Shown here: one piece after another, positions 1 through 8,049 of the stretch
Layout of the letters: each line of letters begins with the position of its first letter
Position numbering within the stretch: the first letter of the stretch is position 1
Position numbers and translations under genes: made by a program
From: Deltaproteobacteria bacterium
Lineage (GTDB): Bacteria; Myxococcota; SpSt-1050; JACRCP01
Length of the DNA: 64,000 bases
Assembly: GCA_016218965.1 (NCBI GenBank)
Contig: JACRCP010000248.1
Span: 10,517 to 74,516, forward strand
Direction: 5' to 3'
Notes under the pieces: generated by a model
Seen by the model: the letters and a program-made list of their open reading frames with translations, nothing else
What the model was told of the DNA's origin: nothing
The model's database searches: none

Positions 1-642
1 AATGTCGCCGTACAGAATCCCACGGTCCGAATCCTGTTCCCCCAGCAGGGCCAGGATTTCCATCCGGGCAACTCCCCCCGCGTGACGGTGAACGCCGTGA
101 AGGGTGAGGCGCCTATCGCCAAGGTCGGTTACACCGCCGACGGCCTTGCCGGCGTCATCGACGCTTCGGAGGAATTCACGGTCGACCCGCCGACATCTCC
201 GGCCCAACACGATTTTTTCCTTTCGATCCCGGCCGACGCGCCGGAGGGGGACGTCGAGATTATCGGAACGGCCGCAGACCAACAGGAAAAGCCCGGAACG
301 TCGCCGGCTGTCACCATCAACATCAAGGACAAAACGCCGCCGGCGGTCACCGTCCTCGCCCCAGTCGAGAACCAGTCGTTTGCCAAGGGCGCAACGATGA
401 CCGTGTCGGTCCGCGCCGTGGATGCGAGCAGCAACGTGGCAACGGTCACCATAAACGTCGCGGGGGTGTTCAGCGATTCCAAGGTCTTGAACGCGGGTTC
501 GAAGGACTGGACCGACTCATGGAACTTCACGGTGCCGGCGGGGGCCGCGTCTGGAGACGTGTACGTCTACGTCAGGGCGACGGACTCGGCGGCGGCGCCG
601 AACACCTCGTCGGCCGTCTCGGTGAAGGCAAAGGTGAACTGA
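1..642 (+). CDS. Partial CDS (5' end outside window): C-terminal part of a secreted Ig-like/Big-repeat surface protein
   Basis: Frame 1 is open from nt 1 to the stop at 642 (the track ORF starts at a GTG at 82). The translation is Thr/Val/Ala-rich with repeated 'TVxV...ATD' beta-sandwich-like segments. No domain search could be run. Confidence 0.45.
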   Translation, partial: NVAVQNPTVRILFPQQGQDFHPGNSPRVTVNAVKGEAPIAKVGYTADGLAGVIDASEEFTVDPPTSPAQHDFFLSIPADAPEGDVEIIGTAADQQEKPGTSPAVTINIKDKTPPAVTVLAPVENQSFAKGATMTVSVRAVDASSNVATVTINVAGVFSDSKVLNAGSKDWTDSWNFTVPAGAASGDVYVYVRATDSAAAPNTSSAVSVKAKVN

Positions 643-643
643 C

Positions 644-720
644 GGGCGATTAGCTCAGTTGGATAGAGCGTTGGCCTCCGGAGTCAAAGGTCGTGGGTTC
701 GAATCCCGCATCGCCCGCCA
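644..720 (+). tRNA. tRNA-Arg (anticodon CCG)
   Basis: A cloverleaf can be read directly: acceptor GGGCGAT/ATCGCCC, D-arm GCTCAGTTGGATAGAGC, anticodon loop CU-CCG-GA, T-arm GGTCGTGGGTTCGAATCCCGC, discriminator G plus encoded CCA. Confidence 0.9.
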
Positions 721-743
721 AAGTCTCAATCGAGGAGCGCGAC

Positions 744-1106
744 ATGCCAGAGCAGCAGGCCGGCAACGACGAAGGGGGCGCCGAGCGCAGAACGTCGCTC
801 CGGGTCCCCGCCGAGATATGGGTCGAGGAAACACGCGCCAGCGAGGTGTACTTCCAACGCACCGTCAATCTGAGCGAGGGGGGGCTGTTCTTCGAGCGCA
901 CCATCCCGCATCCCAAGGGCACGGTCGTCAACCTCAAGTTTTCGCTCCCCGATTCCGACAAGGTCATCCAGTGCAAGGGCGAGATCGTCAACCTCCCGAA
1001 GAACACCGAGGGGCTCGGGATGGGTATCAAGTTCGTCGACTTGAGCGACGAACACCGCCAGGACATCCTTTCGTTCATCCGGTCCGTCGTCAACGGGAGC
1101 AAGTGA
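744..1106 (+). CDS. PilZ-domain (c-di-GMP-binding) protein
   Basis: RxxxR motif (RRTSLR) followed by D/NxSxGG (NLSEGGLFF), typical of PilZ. The ATG at 744 was chosen because the track ORF (693) would overlap the tRNA. Confidence 0.75.
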   Translation: MPEQQAGNDEGGAERRTSLRVPAEIWVEETRASEVYFQRTVNLSEGGLFFERTIPHPKGTVVNLKFSLPDSDKVIQCKGEIVNLPKNTEGLGMGIKFVDLSDEHRQDILSFIRSVVNGSK

Positions 1107-1107
1107 C

Positions 1108-2622
1108 ATGAAACTGCGCCGCATCCTGCCGTGGTTCTGCTGTCTTGCCGTCGCCGCGGCCGCGGGCTGCCAGTGTGACGAGGACGAGCTGGCCGGCGTC
1201 TTCCCCGTGATGACCGTGGAGTGTTCGGGAGAGGCGTGCGACGGATACGATTTCGGCGAGGTCCCGGTCGGGGTGACGCGCGAAGCGACGCTCGAGCTCA
1301 CGAACACCGGCGACACCGACCTCCACATCTCGTCGATGGGCCTGCAAAACGGCAAGGTCTTCGCGATCGATCCCCTCGACTCGCTTTCGGGGTTTGCCGA
1401 AGGGAAGGTGACGGTCAACCCGACGAAATCGGTGCAGTTCAAGGTCACGTTCAAGCCGGTCACGCCGGCGCCCCCGGCGGATTCCGACGTCATCGCGTTC
1501 GACACGAACGACCCGAAGAAGAAAAGCTATGAGTTTTCGCTCAAGGGTACGGGGATCAAGGCCTCAATAACCGCCGATCCGGCCGCAATCGATTTCGGCA
1601 AGGTGGACGTCAAAACGCGCAAGGACGTTGCCGTGAGCGTGTCCAACACCGGGAGCGACGTGCTCAAGGTCACGTCGGTCGCGTACGTGGACGCAGCGGG
1701 CGGCGGGGACATCTTCATAGACGGGGGGCCGCCGGAAGGACAGGACCTCGAGCCCGGCGCGGCCATCGACTTCACGCTTTCTTACCTGCCGACCGACATA
1801 GGCGCCGACTCGGGGGAGATCCGGGTCGAAAACGACTCGAAGGACCTCCCGCACCTCACGATCGCGGTCAACGGCCTCGGGATCGCCCCGCTCCTGGTCG
1901 TGAGTCCGCTCACGCTCGATTTCGGATCGGTCGACAAGGGGTCGCAGCATGACCTTTCGACCACGCTCACGAACAACGGCAACAAGGACCTCGATGTCGC
2001 CGTGGTCGAGTTCAGGCAGGGGACCAGCGACTACTATTCGTTTGTGACACCCCTGCAGACGCCCGCGACGGTCGAACCGGCGAAAAGCGTGGACATCACG
2101 GTCAGGTACCACCCGCTCGAACGCAGCGACGACACGCTCAACAACAGCGTCAGGATTCACTGCAACGACCCGGCCCTTCCCGAGATGGACCCGGACGGGA
2201 ACTACGTGACCTACGTCGAGCTCAAGGGGCGCACGCACGCCCCCTCGATGGAGGCGACCGGTGGCACGAGTTTCCAGATTGGTTGCGGCATGCCTTTCGA
2301 CCCGCAGAACCCCGGCTGCAACCAGACCTGTATCGCGGACTGCTGCTGCATGGAGGCGACCCTTGACGTCGAGAACGTGGGGGACGACGTTCTCATTCTC
2401 GAATCGGTGACGATGATCGAAAATACCGGCAACGCCTTCACCCTGCTCTGGAACGAGCCGGTCCCGTACCAGATCGATCCGGGCGTGCTCGAACCGATCT
2501 GGGTCCGTTTCACCCCGCTCACGTTCGGCACTTTCAACGCGAAGGTCGAGGTCGTCAGCAACGACCCCATCACGCCGACGCGGCAGATCGGGATTGCCGG
2601 AAGCGCCGTGAAGCGCCAGTGA
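1108..2622 (+). CDS. Lipoprotein with repeated ASH/PapD-like (choice-of-anchor-D-type) beta-sandwich domains
   Basis: Signal peptide with lipobox (LAVAAAAGC). Four or more repeats of '...L.NTG...L.I.S....F......' beta-sandwich modules. Starts 2 nt after the PilZ stop. Confidence 0.7.
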   Translation: MKLRRILPWFCCLAVAAAAGCQCDEDELAGVFPVMTVECSGEACDGYDFGEVPVGVTREATLELTNTGDTDLHISSMGLQNGKVFAIDPLDSLSGFAEGKVTVNPTKSVQFKVTFKPVTPAPPADSDVIAFDTNDPKKKSYEFSLKGTGIKASITADPAAIDFGKVDVKTRKDVAVSVSNTGSDVLKVTSVAYVDAAGGGDIFIDGGPPEGQDLEPGAAIDFTLSYLPTDIGADSGEIRVENDSKDLPHLTIAVNGLGIAPLLVVSPLTLDFGSVDKGSQHDLSTTLTNNGNKDLDVAVVEFRQGTSDYYSFVTPLQTPATVEPAKSVDITVRYHPLERSDDTLNNSVRIHCNDPALPEMDPDGNYVTYVELKGRTHAPSMEATGGTSFQIGCGMPFDPQNPGCNQTCIADCCCMEATLDVENVGDDVLILESVTMIENTGNAFTLLWNEPVPYQIDPGVLEPIWVRFTPLTFGTFNAKVEVVSNDPITPTRQIGIAGSAVKRQ

Positions 2623-2640
2623 ACGCCGGACCTGATTCCT

Positions 2641-3147
2641 ATGCCACAGGACGAACACAAAAAACACGCCGGAGGGCGAAAGGCGCGGGTCCACGTCATC
2701 ACCGTTTCGGACACGCGCACGGCAGCCACCGATTCGAGCGGCGCCGCCGTGCGGGACGCCCTCGGGCGCGAAGGGCATCTCGTTGCGGGCCATGAGATTC
2801 TCAAGGACGAGCCCGAGGCGATCGCGCGGCGCGTGCGGGAGGTCAGCAAGTCGGGTTCTGCCGACGCAGTTCTGCTCAACGGCGGGACCGGGATCTCGCG
2901 CAGGGACTCGACCTTCGAAGCGGTCGATGCCCTGTTCGATCGGCGGATACCGGGTTTCGGCGAACTGTTTCGGTTCTTGAGCTATCGCGAAATCGGCTCG
3001 GCCGCAATGTTGAGCCGCGCCGCTGCAGGGCTTGTGGGGGAAACGCTGGTGTTCCTCGTCCCCGGGTCGACCGACGCGGTGAGGCTGGCGATGCGTTCGC
3101 TCATCATCCCCGAGCTCGCGCACGCCTTGTGGGAACTCAAAAGGTGA
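2641..3147 (+). CDS. moaB: Molybdenum cofactor biosynthesis protein MoaB/MogA family
   Basis: Motifs VITVSDTR, LLNGGTGISRRD and GFGELFR are characteristic of the MoaB/MogA fold. Confidence 0.85.
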   Translation: MPQDEHKKHAGGRKARVHVITVSDTRTAATDSSGAAVRDALGREGHLVAGHEILKDEPEAIARRVREVSKSGSADAVLLNGGTGISRRDSTFEAVDALFDRRIPGFGELFRFLSYREIGSAAMLSRAAAGLVGETLVFLVPGSTDAVRLAMRSLIIPELAHALWELKR

Positions 3148-4190
3148 ACGAACACGCGGGACACGAGGAACTCGCACGACGGGTCCGCGAGGCAAAGGTC
3201 CGGCTCGGCGGGAATTGCCTGATCCTCACGCACCACTACCAGCGTCCCGAGATCGTCGCGTTGGGTGACGCACGCGGAGATTCGCTGGGGCTTTCGCGCC
3301 TTGCGGCGTCAAGCGGGGCCCGGCACATAGTGTTCTGCGGTGTCCGGTTCATGGCCGAGAGCGCCGCGGTCCTCGCGCGCGGCGGCCAGACGGTCCATCA
3401 CCCCGACCCGTTTTCGGGGTGCCCCATGTCGGACATGGCCGACGTCGAGGATGTCGAACGCGCCGCCAGCGAGCTTGACGATGCGTGCGGGGCGGGCGCG
3501 TGGCTCCCGGTCACATACGTGAATTCGTCGGCCGAAGTGAAGGCATTGACCGGCCGTATGGGCGGGGCGTGCTGCACGTCGTCGAACGCCGAAAAGATCG
3601 TGCGTTGGGCGCTGGGCGGCGGGAAAAAGGTGCTCTTCCTTCCGGACGAAAACCTCGGCGCCAACACAGGCGCGCGGCTGGGCGTCGACCCGCGCGAGAT
3701 CGTCCGCTGGGACTACTCGCTGCCTTCCGGCGGGAACGACCCCGACGCGCTCCGTTCGGCGCGCGTCATCTTGTGGAAGGGTTACTGTCACGTCCACACC
3801 CTGTTCACCGCCGCACAGGTGGACGACGTCCGCGCGCGCTTCACCGGCGCGAGAGTCATCGTCCATCCCGAGTGTTCCCCGGAGGTCGTCACGAGGGCCG
3901 GGGAGAGCGGTTCGACCGAGTTCATGGTGCGGTACGTCGAGTCTGCGCCGCCGGGGTCCACCGTCGTGGTCGGCACCGAACTCAACTTCGTCCGCCGCCT
4001 TGCCGCCGAACACCCGGATCGGCGCGTGGTCGAGCTTGCGCGCTCGATGTGTCCCAACATGTTCAAGATCACACTGGCGAAGCTCCTTGCGACGCTCGAA
4101 GGCCTGCCGGACGCCAACCTCGTGACGGTGCCCGAAGACGTCCGCCGCGACGCCCGGGATGCGCTCGATCGAATGCTCGCCCTCTCTTGA
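3129..4190 (+). CDS. nadA: Quinolinate synthase A
   Basis: NadA signatures: LILTHHYQ, CPMSDM, VTYVNSSAEVKA, GACCTSSNA, VHPEC. The true start may be the GTG at 3144, which overlaps the moaB stop (GTGA). Confidence 0.9.
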   Translation: MGTQKVNEHAGHEELARRVREAKVRLGGNCLILTHHYQRPEIVALGDARGDSLGLSRLAASSGARHIVFCGVRFMAESAAVLARGGQTVHHPDPFSGCPMSDMADVEDVERAASELDDACGAGAWLPVTYVNSSAEVKALTGRMGGACCTSSNAEKIVRWALGGGKKVLFLPDENLGANTGARLGVDPREIVRWDYSLPSGGNDPDALRSARVILWKGYCHVHTLFTAAQVDDVRARFTGARVIVHPECSPEVVTRAGESGSTEFMVRYVESAPPGSTVVVGTELNFVRRLAAEHPDRRVVELARSMCPNMFKITLAKLLATLEGLPDANLVTVPEDVRRDARDALDRMLALS

Positions 4191-4210
4191 ACACTCGTAT
4201 TCGGAGTATC

Positions 4211-4350
4211 TGCCACAGAGTGCACAGAGGTAACCGAGAGAGAAATCTTCGGACTTTCGGGTTCCACAAAGCACGGGTTTTCTCTGTGTTCTCTGTGTTC
4301 AAAAGTTCCGTTGCGGCGTTTCCTCTTTGTGCTCTCTGTGTTCTCTGTGG
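4211..4350. repeat. Intergenic block of heptamer repeats: 2x CACAGAG (4214-4230), then 4x CTCTGTG (4282-4297, 4334-4349). Together they form a long imperfect inverted repeat plus an extra tandem copy.
   Basis: Read directly: 'gccacagagtgcacagag' ... 'ttctctgtgttctctgtgttc' ... 'ctctctgtgttctctgtgg'. Lies between the nadA stop and the EamA start. Confidence 0.6.
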
Positions 4351-4368
4351 TATGTCCCTACGCCGGGA

Positions 4369-5241
4369 ATGAAGCGGTTTTCCGAAAACGGCACGCTGCT
4401 TCTCGTCGTGTCGAGCGTTTTCTTCACGGCGATGGCGCTTCTTGCGCGGCGCGCGATGTGCGACCTCCCGCCGGCCGAGGTGACGTTTTTCAGGAGCGCC
4501 ATAGGCGCCGTCATCTGCGCCGCCTCTTTTGCGGCCGGCGCCGCCTCCCTCGAGTTGAAGAGGCCGCCGATGCTGGTCCTGCGCGCCCTTCTCGGCGGGA
4601 TCGCGATATTCCTGTATTTCAAGACGATGGGCGTGCTGGGCGCGGGCGAAGCCACGCTCCTAAACAACACGTTTGTGGTCTTCGTGGCGATCCTGTCGCC
4701 GTTGATTCTCAAAGAGCGGTTTTCGTGGCGGCTTGGGGCCGTCGTGGCCGTGGCCTTTTTTGGCGTTGCGCTCCTCATTCGGGCCGACATGTCCGGGGGG
4801 ATCGCCGGAAAACTCTTCGGGCTGGCCGGAGCGTTGTTCACCGCGCTTGCGGTGCTCACCATCCGGAACCTCCGGCGGGACCACGGCACTCTGACCGTCT
4901 TCTTTTTCTTTTCGTTGGGCGGGATGGCGACGCCGCTCTCGACGTTTGGTGACGGGTGGACGGTGCCCGGTGTCTGGACCGGCGCCATCCTCGTCCTGAT
5001 GGGGCTCTGCGCGGCGGCGGGGCAGCTCCTGTTCACACACTCGCTGAGATTCTCGCGGGCAATCGAAAGCAGCGTGTTCTCGCAGCTCACGGTCGTGTGG
5101 ACCTACGCGGCGGAGATCGCGCTGTGGGACGTCCGGTTGTCCGTGCTCACCGGTATCGGTGCCCTGACCGTCCTTGCGGCGTGCACGTATCTGGGCGCCG
5201 CGTTCGAGCGCGAAGGGCCGCCGCACGGACCGGTGGTCTGA
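4369..5241 (+). CDS. EamA/DMT-family (drug/metabolite transporter) membrane protein
   Basis: Ten predicted TM helices arranged as two EamA-like halves; start at MKRFSENG. Confidence 0.8.
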   Translation: MKRFSENGTLLLVVSSVFFTAMALLARRAMCDLPPAEVTFFRSAIGAVICAASFAAGAASLELKRPPMLVLRALLGGIAIFLYFKTMGVLGAGEATLLNNTFVVFVAILSPLILKERFSWRLGAVVAVAFFGVALLIRADMSGGIAGKLFGLAGALFTALAVLTIRNLRRDHGTLTVFFFFSLGGMATPLSTFGDGWTVPGVWTGAILVLMGLCAAAGQLLFTHSLRFSRAIESSVFSQLTVVWTYAAEIALWDVRLSVLTGIGALTVLAACTYLGAAFEREGPPHGPVV

Positions 5242-5259
5242 CGGCCGCGCGCGCCGGAT

Positions 5260-6078
5260 TCAACCCAGCGCGTACGCGACGAACACCGCGGCAAGGACAA
5301 TCGAGACCAGCCCCAGGATTGATGCGGCCGGGATGACCAACCGCTCCATCGAACGCTTGATGCCGGCCGTCACGGGAACTTCGCTTTTCGCGTCGGGAGG
5401 TTCCACTCCAACGACCAGCAAAACGGTATCGCCCGCGGTGATCTCGTCTCCGTTCGCGACGACCCGGTCACCCGAGAGCCGGACGCCGTTGACAAACGTC
5501 CCGTTGCGGCTTTTCGCGTCGCCGATGTGAAACGCGCCCGCGCGCCGGGTCACCTCGAAATGGCGCGAAGACGCCATACGGTCGGGGATCTTGAGCGCCA
5601 CACCCGCGGCGCGCCCCGCCGCAATCGAAGCGCCTTCCTCCGCGGGGAGGGCGGCAAATGCACCGGCCGCGGACCCGTTGAGGATGATCAGCGCCGGGCC
5701 GGTCCCTGCATCGCCGCCAATTTCGGCGGCATCGAGCATCCTGCGGAAGATGGTCCGCGTGCCCCCGGAAAACACGTCTTTCTCGGCCGTGATTCTGAGC
5801 CTTGCCGGGCCGACCGAAAGGACGTCGTCTCCGGAGATGCGCGCGAGGCGCCCGGGCGCAAGGCGGTTCCCGTTGAGAAACGTCCCGTTGGTCGATGACT
5901 TGTCGATCACGAAAAGGCAACCGGCCACGTTGAGAATCGAGCAGTGCCGGTCTGAAACCGACGGGGATTCCACCCGGACGGCGCAGTCCGGTCCGCGCCC
6001 GACATCCGCCGGGAAAGAACTGATCTCCTGTTGCCGTGTCTCCGCGCCGGGAGTGGATACCGATACCAATGCCTTCAT
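5260..6078 (-). CDS. Membrane-anchored protein with two FHA domains
   Basis: Two copies of FHA motifs (GR..C.....SVSDRHC; ST/SRNGTF.NG..L). C-terminal TM helix (IPAASILGLVSIVLAAVFVAYALG). Its ATG overlaps the stop of the upstream TPR gene (ATGA). Confidence 0.8.
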   Translation of the reverse strand: MKALVSVSTPGAETRQQEISSFPADVGRGPDCAVRVESPSVSDRHCSILNVAGCLFVIDKSSTNGTFLNGNRLAPGRLARISGDDVLSVGPARLRITAEKDVFSGGTRTIFRRMLDAAEIGGDAGTGPALIILNGSAAGAFAALPAEEGASIAAGRAAGVALKIPDRMASSRHFEVTRRAGAFHIGDAKSRNGTFVNGVRLSGDRVVANGDEITAGDTVLLVVGVEPPDAKSEVPVTAGIKRSMERLVIPAASILGLVSIVLAAVFVAYALG

Positions 6079-7139
6079 CGCTTGAATACCGCCTTCTTGA
6101 GGGCGTCGAACTTTTTCCGGGCCGCGGCGATCTCGGCCTCCTGGCCCACGGGTTTCGATGCCAGATAGGCTTCGTAGATGTCCCGGGCGAGTTCGATCTC
6201 CCCGGACACGGCCATGACGTCGCCCAGCCAGTAACACGCGAGGGCGAGGCCCATGTTGCACGCGCTCACGAAGCCCGTGCCGGCCGCCTTGAGATCCCCG
6301 CGTCCAAACCGGATCTTTGCCAGGTTGAAACCCGCTTCCGGGTGGTCCTTGGAAATCGCAAGCGCCGCCATGAACTCCTTTTCGGCTTCCTCCGTCTTCC
6401 CGATGTTCAGGAGCGCGGTCCCGAGGTTCGAACGCAGGTCGGCGTTTCGCGGCATGAGGTCGCGGGCGGTGCGAAGGTGTGTTGCGGCATCCTCGAACCG
6501 CTTGAGCAAGAGCAGCATGGACCCCAGGTCGAAATGCGCCTCGGCGTTTTTGGGGTCCTCTTCGATCACGCGCATCCACGAGTTTGTCGCGTCGGACACC
6601 CGGCCGAGCTGCTGGTACACGAGTCCGAGAGTGACGCGGACGTCGTGATTGCGCGGATCGATCTCGAGAACTCTGGTGAGCGTTTCTCGCGACTCCTCGA
6701 ACCTGCCGAGCGCCGCTTGCACCCCGCCCAGGTTTGCCCGGGCCGCCAGATAGTCGGGATCCACGGCGATGGCCGATTTGAACCGCGCCTCGGCCTTCTT
6801 GAACTCGCGCCGCAGAAGATAGCACCAGCCGAGGTTGTTCAGGGCCTCGGCGAAGTCGGCATTGAGATCGACCGCTTTGGAAAAGTAGGAGACCGCGGCG
6901 TTCATGTCGCCTTTTTTGAGCGCCACGATCCCCAGGTTGTTGTACGGCTCGGCGAACTTGGGGTTGAATTCGAGAGCCATCTCGAAGCGGCTCCGGGCAA
7001 GGTCGAGGCTGTTGTCCTTCAGGTACCCGACGCCGGTCGCATTGTGTTGGATGGCGCGGGCGTGGATCTGGCTTGCCGCGCACCCGGACCCGAGCACCAG
7101 TACGGCGAGCGCGATGACGGGGAACGAACGGTTCATCAT
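6075..7139 (-). CDS. TPR-repeat lipoprotein
   Basis: Signal peptide with lipobox (LVLGSGC). Seven or more 34-aa TPR-like repeats (A..YNNLG...KGD...A...F.KA..L.P.). Confidence 0.8.
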   Translation of the reverse strand: MMNRSFPVIALAVLVLGSGCAASQIHARAIQHNATGVGYLKDNSLDLARSRFEMALEFNPKFAEPYNNLGIVALKKGDMNAAVSYFSKAVDLNADFAEALNNLGWCYLLRREFKKAEARFKSAIAVDPDYLAARANLGGVQAALGRFEESRETLTRVLEIDPRNHDVRVTLGLVYQQLGRVSDATNSWMRVIEEDPKNAEAHFDLGSMLLLLKRFEDAATHLRTARDLMPRNADLRSNLGTALLNIGKTEEAEKEFMAALAISKDHPEAGFNLAKIRFGRGDLKAAGTGFVSACNMGLALACYWLGDVMAVSGEIELARDIYEAYLASKPVGQEAEIAAARKKFDALKKAVFKR

Positions 7140-7249
7140 GGGGCCTCCAAAAAAGAGTCGGGACCAGGAAATACAAGCCCCGTGCCACCCCGGTCGCCAA
7201 TGAAATCAAGTACTTGCCGGCGACCCCGGCCGGTTTCCGCCCGCGACCG

Positions 7250-7279
7250 CCTGATTGCGTGGTGCCTGATTGCGTGGTT
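7250..7279. promoter_or_regulatory. Tandem 15-nt direct repeat (CCTGATTGCGTGGTG / CCTGATTGCGTGGTT) in the divergent promoter region between the TPR-FHA operon and the hydrolase gene
   Basis: Seen directly in the sequence. Adjacent direct repeats are typical of binding sites for transcription factors that bind as multimers. Confidence 0.3.
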
Positions 7280-7351
7280 GGTGCGGGTTCCCGAAAGTGA
7301 TACACTGCGCGAGCTCGCGATTGAGGGCGGGGAAAATCGGGCGGCGGACCC

Positions 7352-8047
7352 TTGAGAACTCTTCTTCTTCCCGGACTTGACGGTACAGGGCGGCTGTTTG
7401 ACCCGCTTCTGGGCGTGCTACCGGACCGCGGCGCGGCCGTGGTGGTTTCATACCCTTTCGATGCCATTGACTACCCGGCGTGCATCGCCCGGGCCGAGGC
7501 GGCGCTTGGACCGGAGCCGGCGTTCGTGATCGCCGAATCGTTTTCGGGGCCGGTCGGCGTCGAACTTGCGCTGCGGTATCCCGACCGGGTCGTGGGTCTG
7601 GTCCTCGTCGCCTCGTTTCTCACAAACCCGATGCCACTGCTTGCGCTTCTGTTGCCTTGGAGATTGGCACTGTCATTCCGCGGCTCCCCGAGGTTCGCGG
7701 GTCGTCTTCTCGGCGAAGGCGCTTCTGCCGAACTCGTTTCGGAATTCTCTTCCACACTCGCGAGCGTACCTGCCAACACACTGACAGGTCGAATTGGCGC
7801 GATCTCCCGGCTTAAATCCCAGCCTGCGGAATCTCGCGGGTGTTCCGTTCTGTATCTTCGCGCATCGAAGGACCGGCTGGTTCCTGCGCGATGCGAACAC
7901 GAGGTCCGGACGGTCTTCCCGAAGGCAAAGACTGCGGTCTTGGACGGGACGCATTTCCTTCTTCAGACACGGCCGGCAGAGTGCGCCGGCGTGGTCGATG
8001 AATTCAGGCGAAGACAAGTTCGGGAACGCCGGGCGTCCGAACGGTGA
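7352..8047 (+). CDS. Alpha/beta-fold hydrolase
   Basis: GxSxG-type nucleophile elbow (ESFSG) and overall alpha/beta-hydrolase pattern. Confidence 0.65.
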   Translation: MRTLLLPGLDGTGRLFDPLLGVLPDRGAAVVVSYPFDAIDYPACIARAEAALGPEPAFVIAESFSGPVGVELALRYPDRVVGLVLVASFLTNPMPLLALLLPWRLALSFRGSPRFAGRLLGEGASAELVSEFSSTLASVPANTLTGRIGAISRLKSQPAESRGCSVLYLRASKDRLVPARCEHEVRTVFPKAKTAVLDGTHFLLQTRPAECAGVVDEFRRRQVRERRASER

Positions 8048-8049
8048 CT

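Noticed and set aside
1564-3195. 543-aa minus-strand ORF (and many similar long ORFs such as 726-1505, 15297-16988, 29855-32191, 10572-11175 frames, 19068-20252) that overlap confidently assigned genes
   Set aside because: They are in alternate frames of high-GC coding sequence where stop codons are rare by composition. Their translations are Arg/Pro/Gly-rich with no motifs, whereas the overlapping frames carry clear family signatures (MoaB, NadA, MreB and others).
5260-7467. 735-aa minus-strand ORF in the track
   Set aside because: The long ORF fuses the real FHA gene (5260-6078) with an out-of-context upstream frame that runs antisense through the TPR gene region. The FHA protein has its own ATG at 6078 that overlaps the TPR stop.
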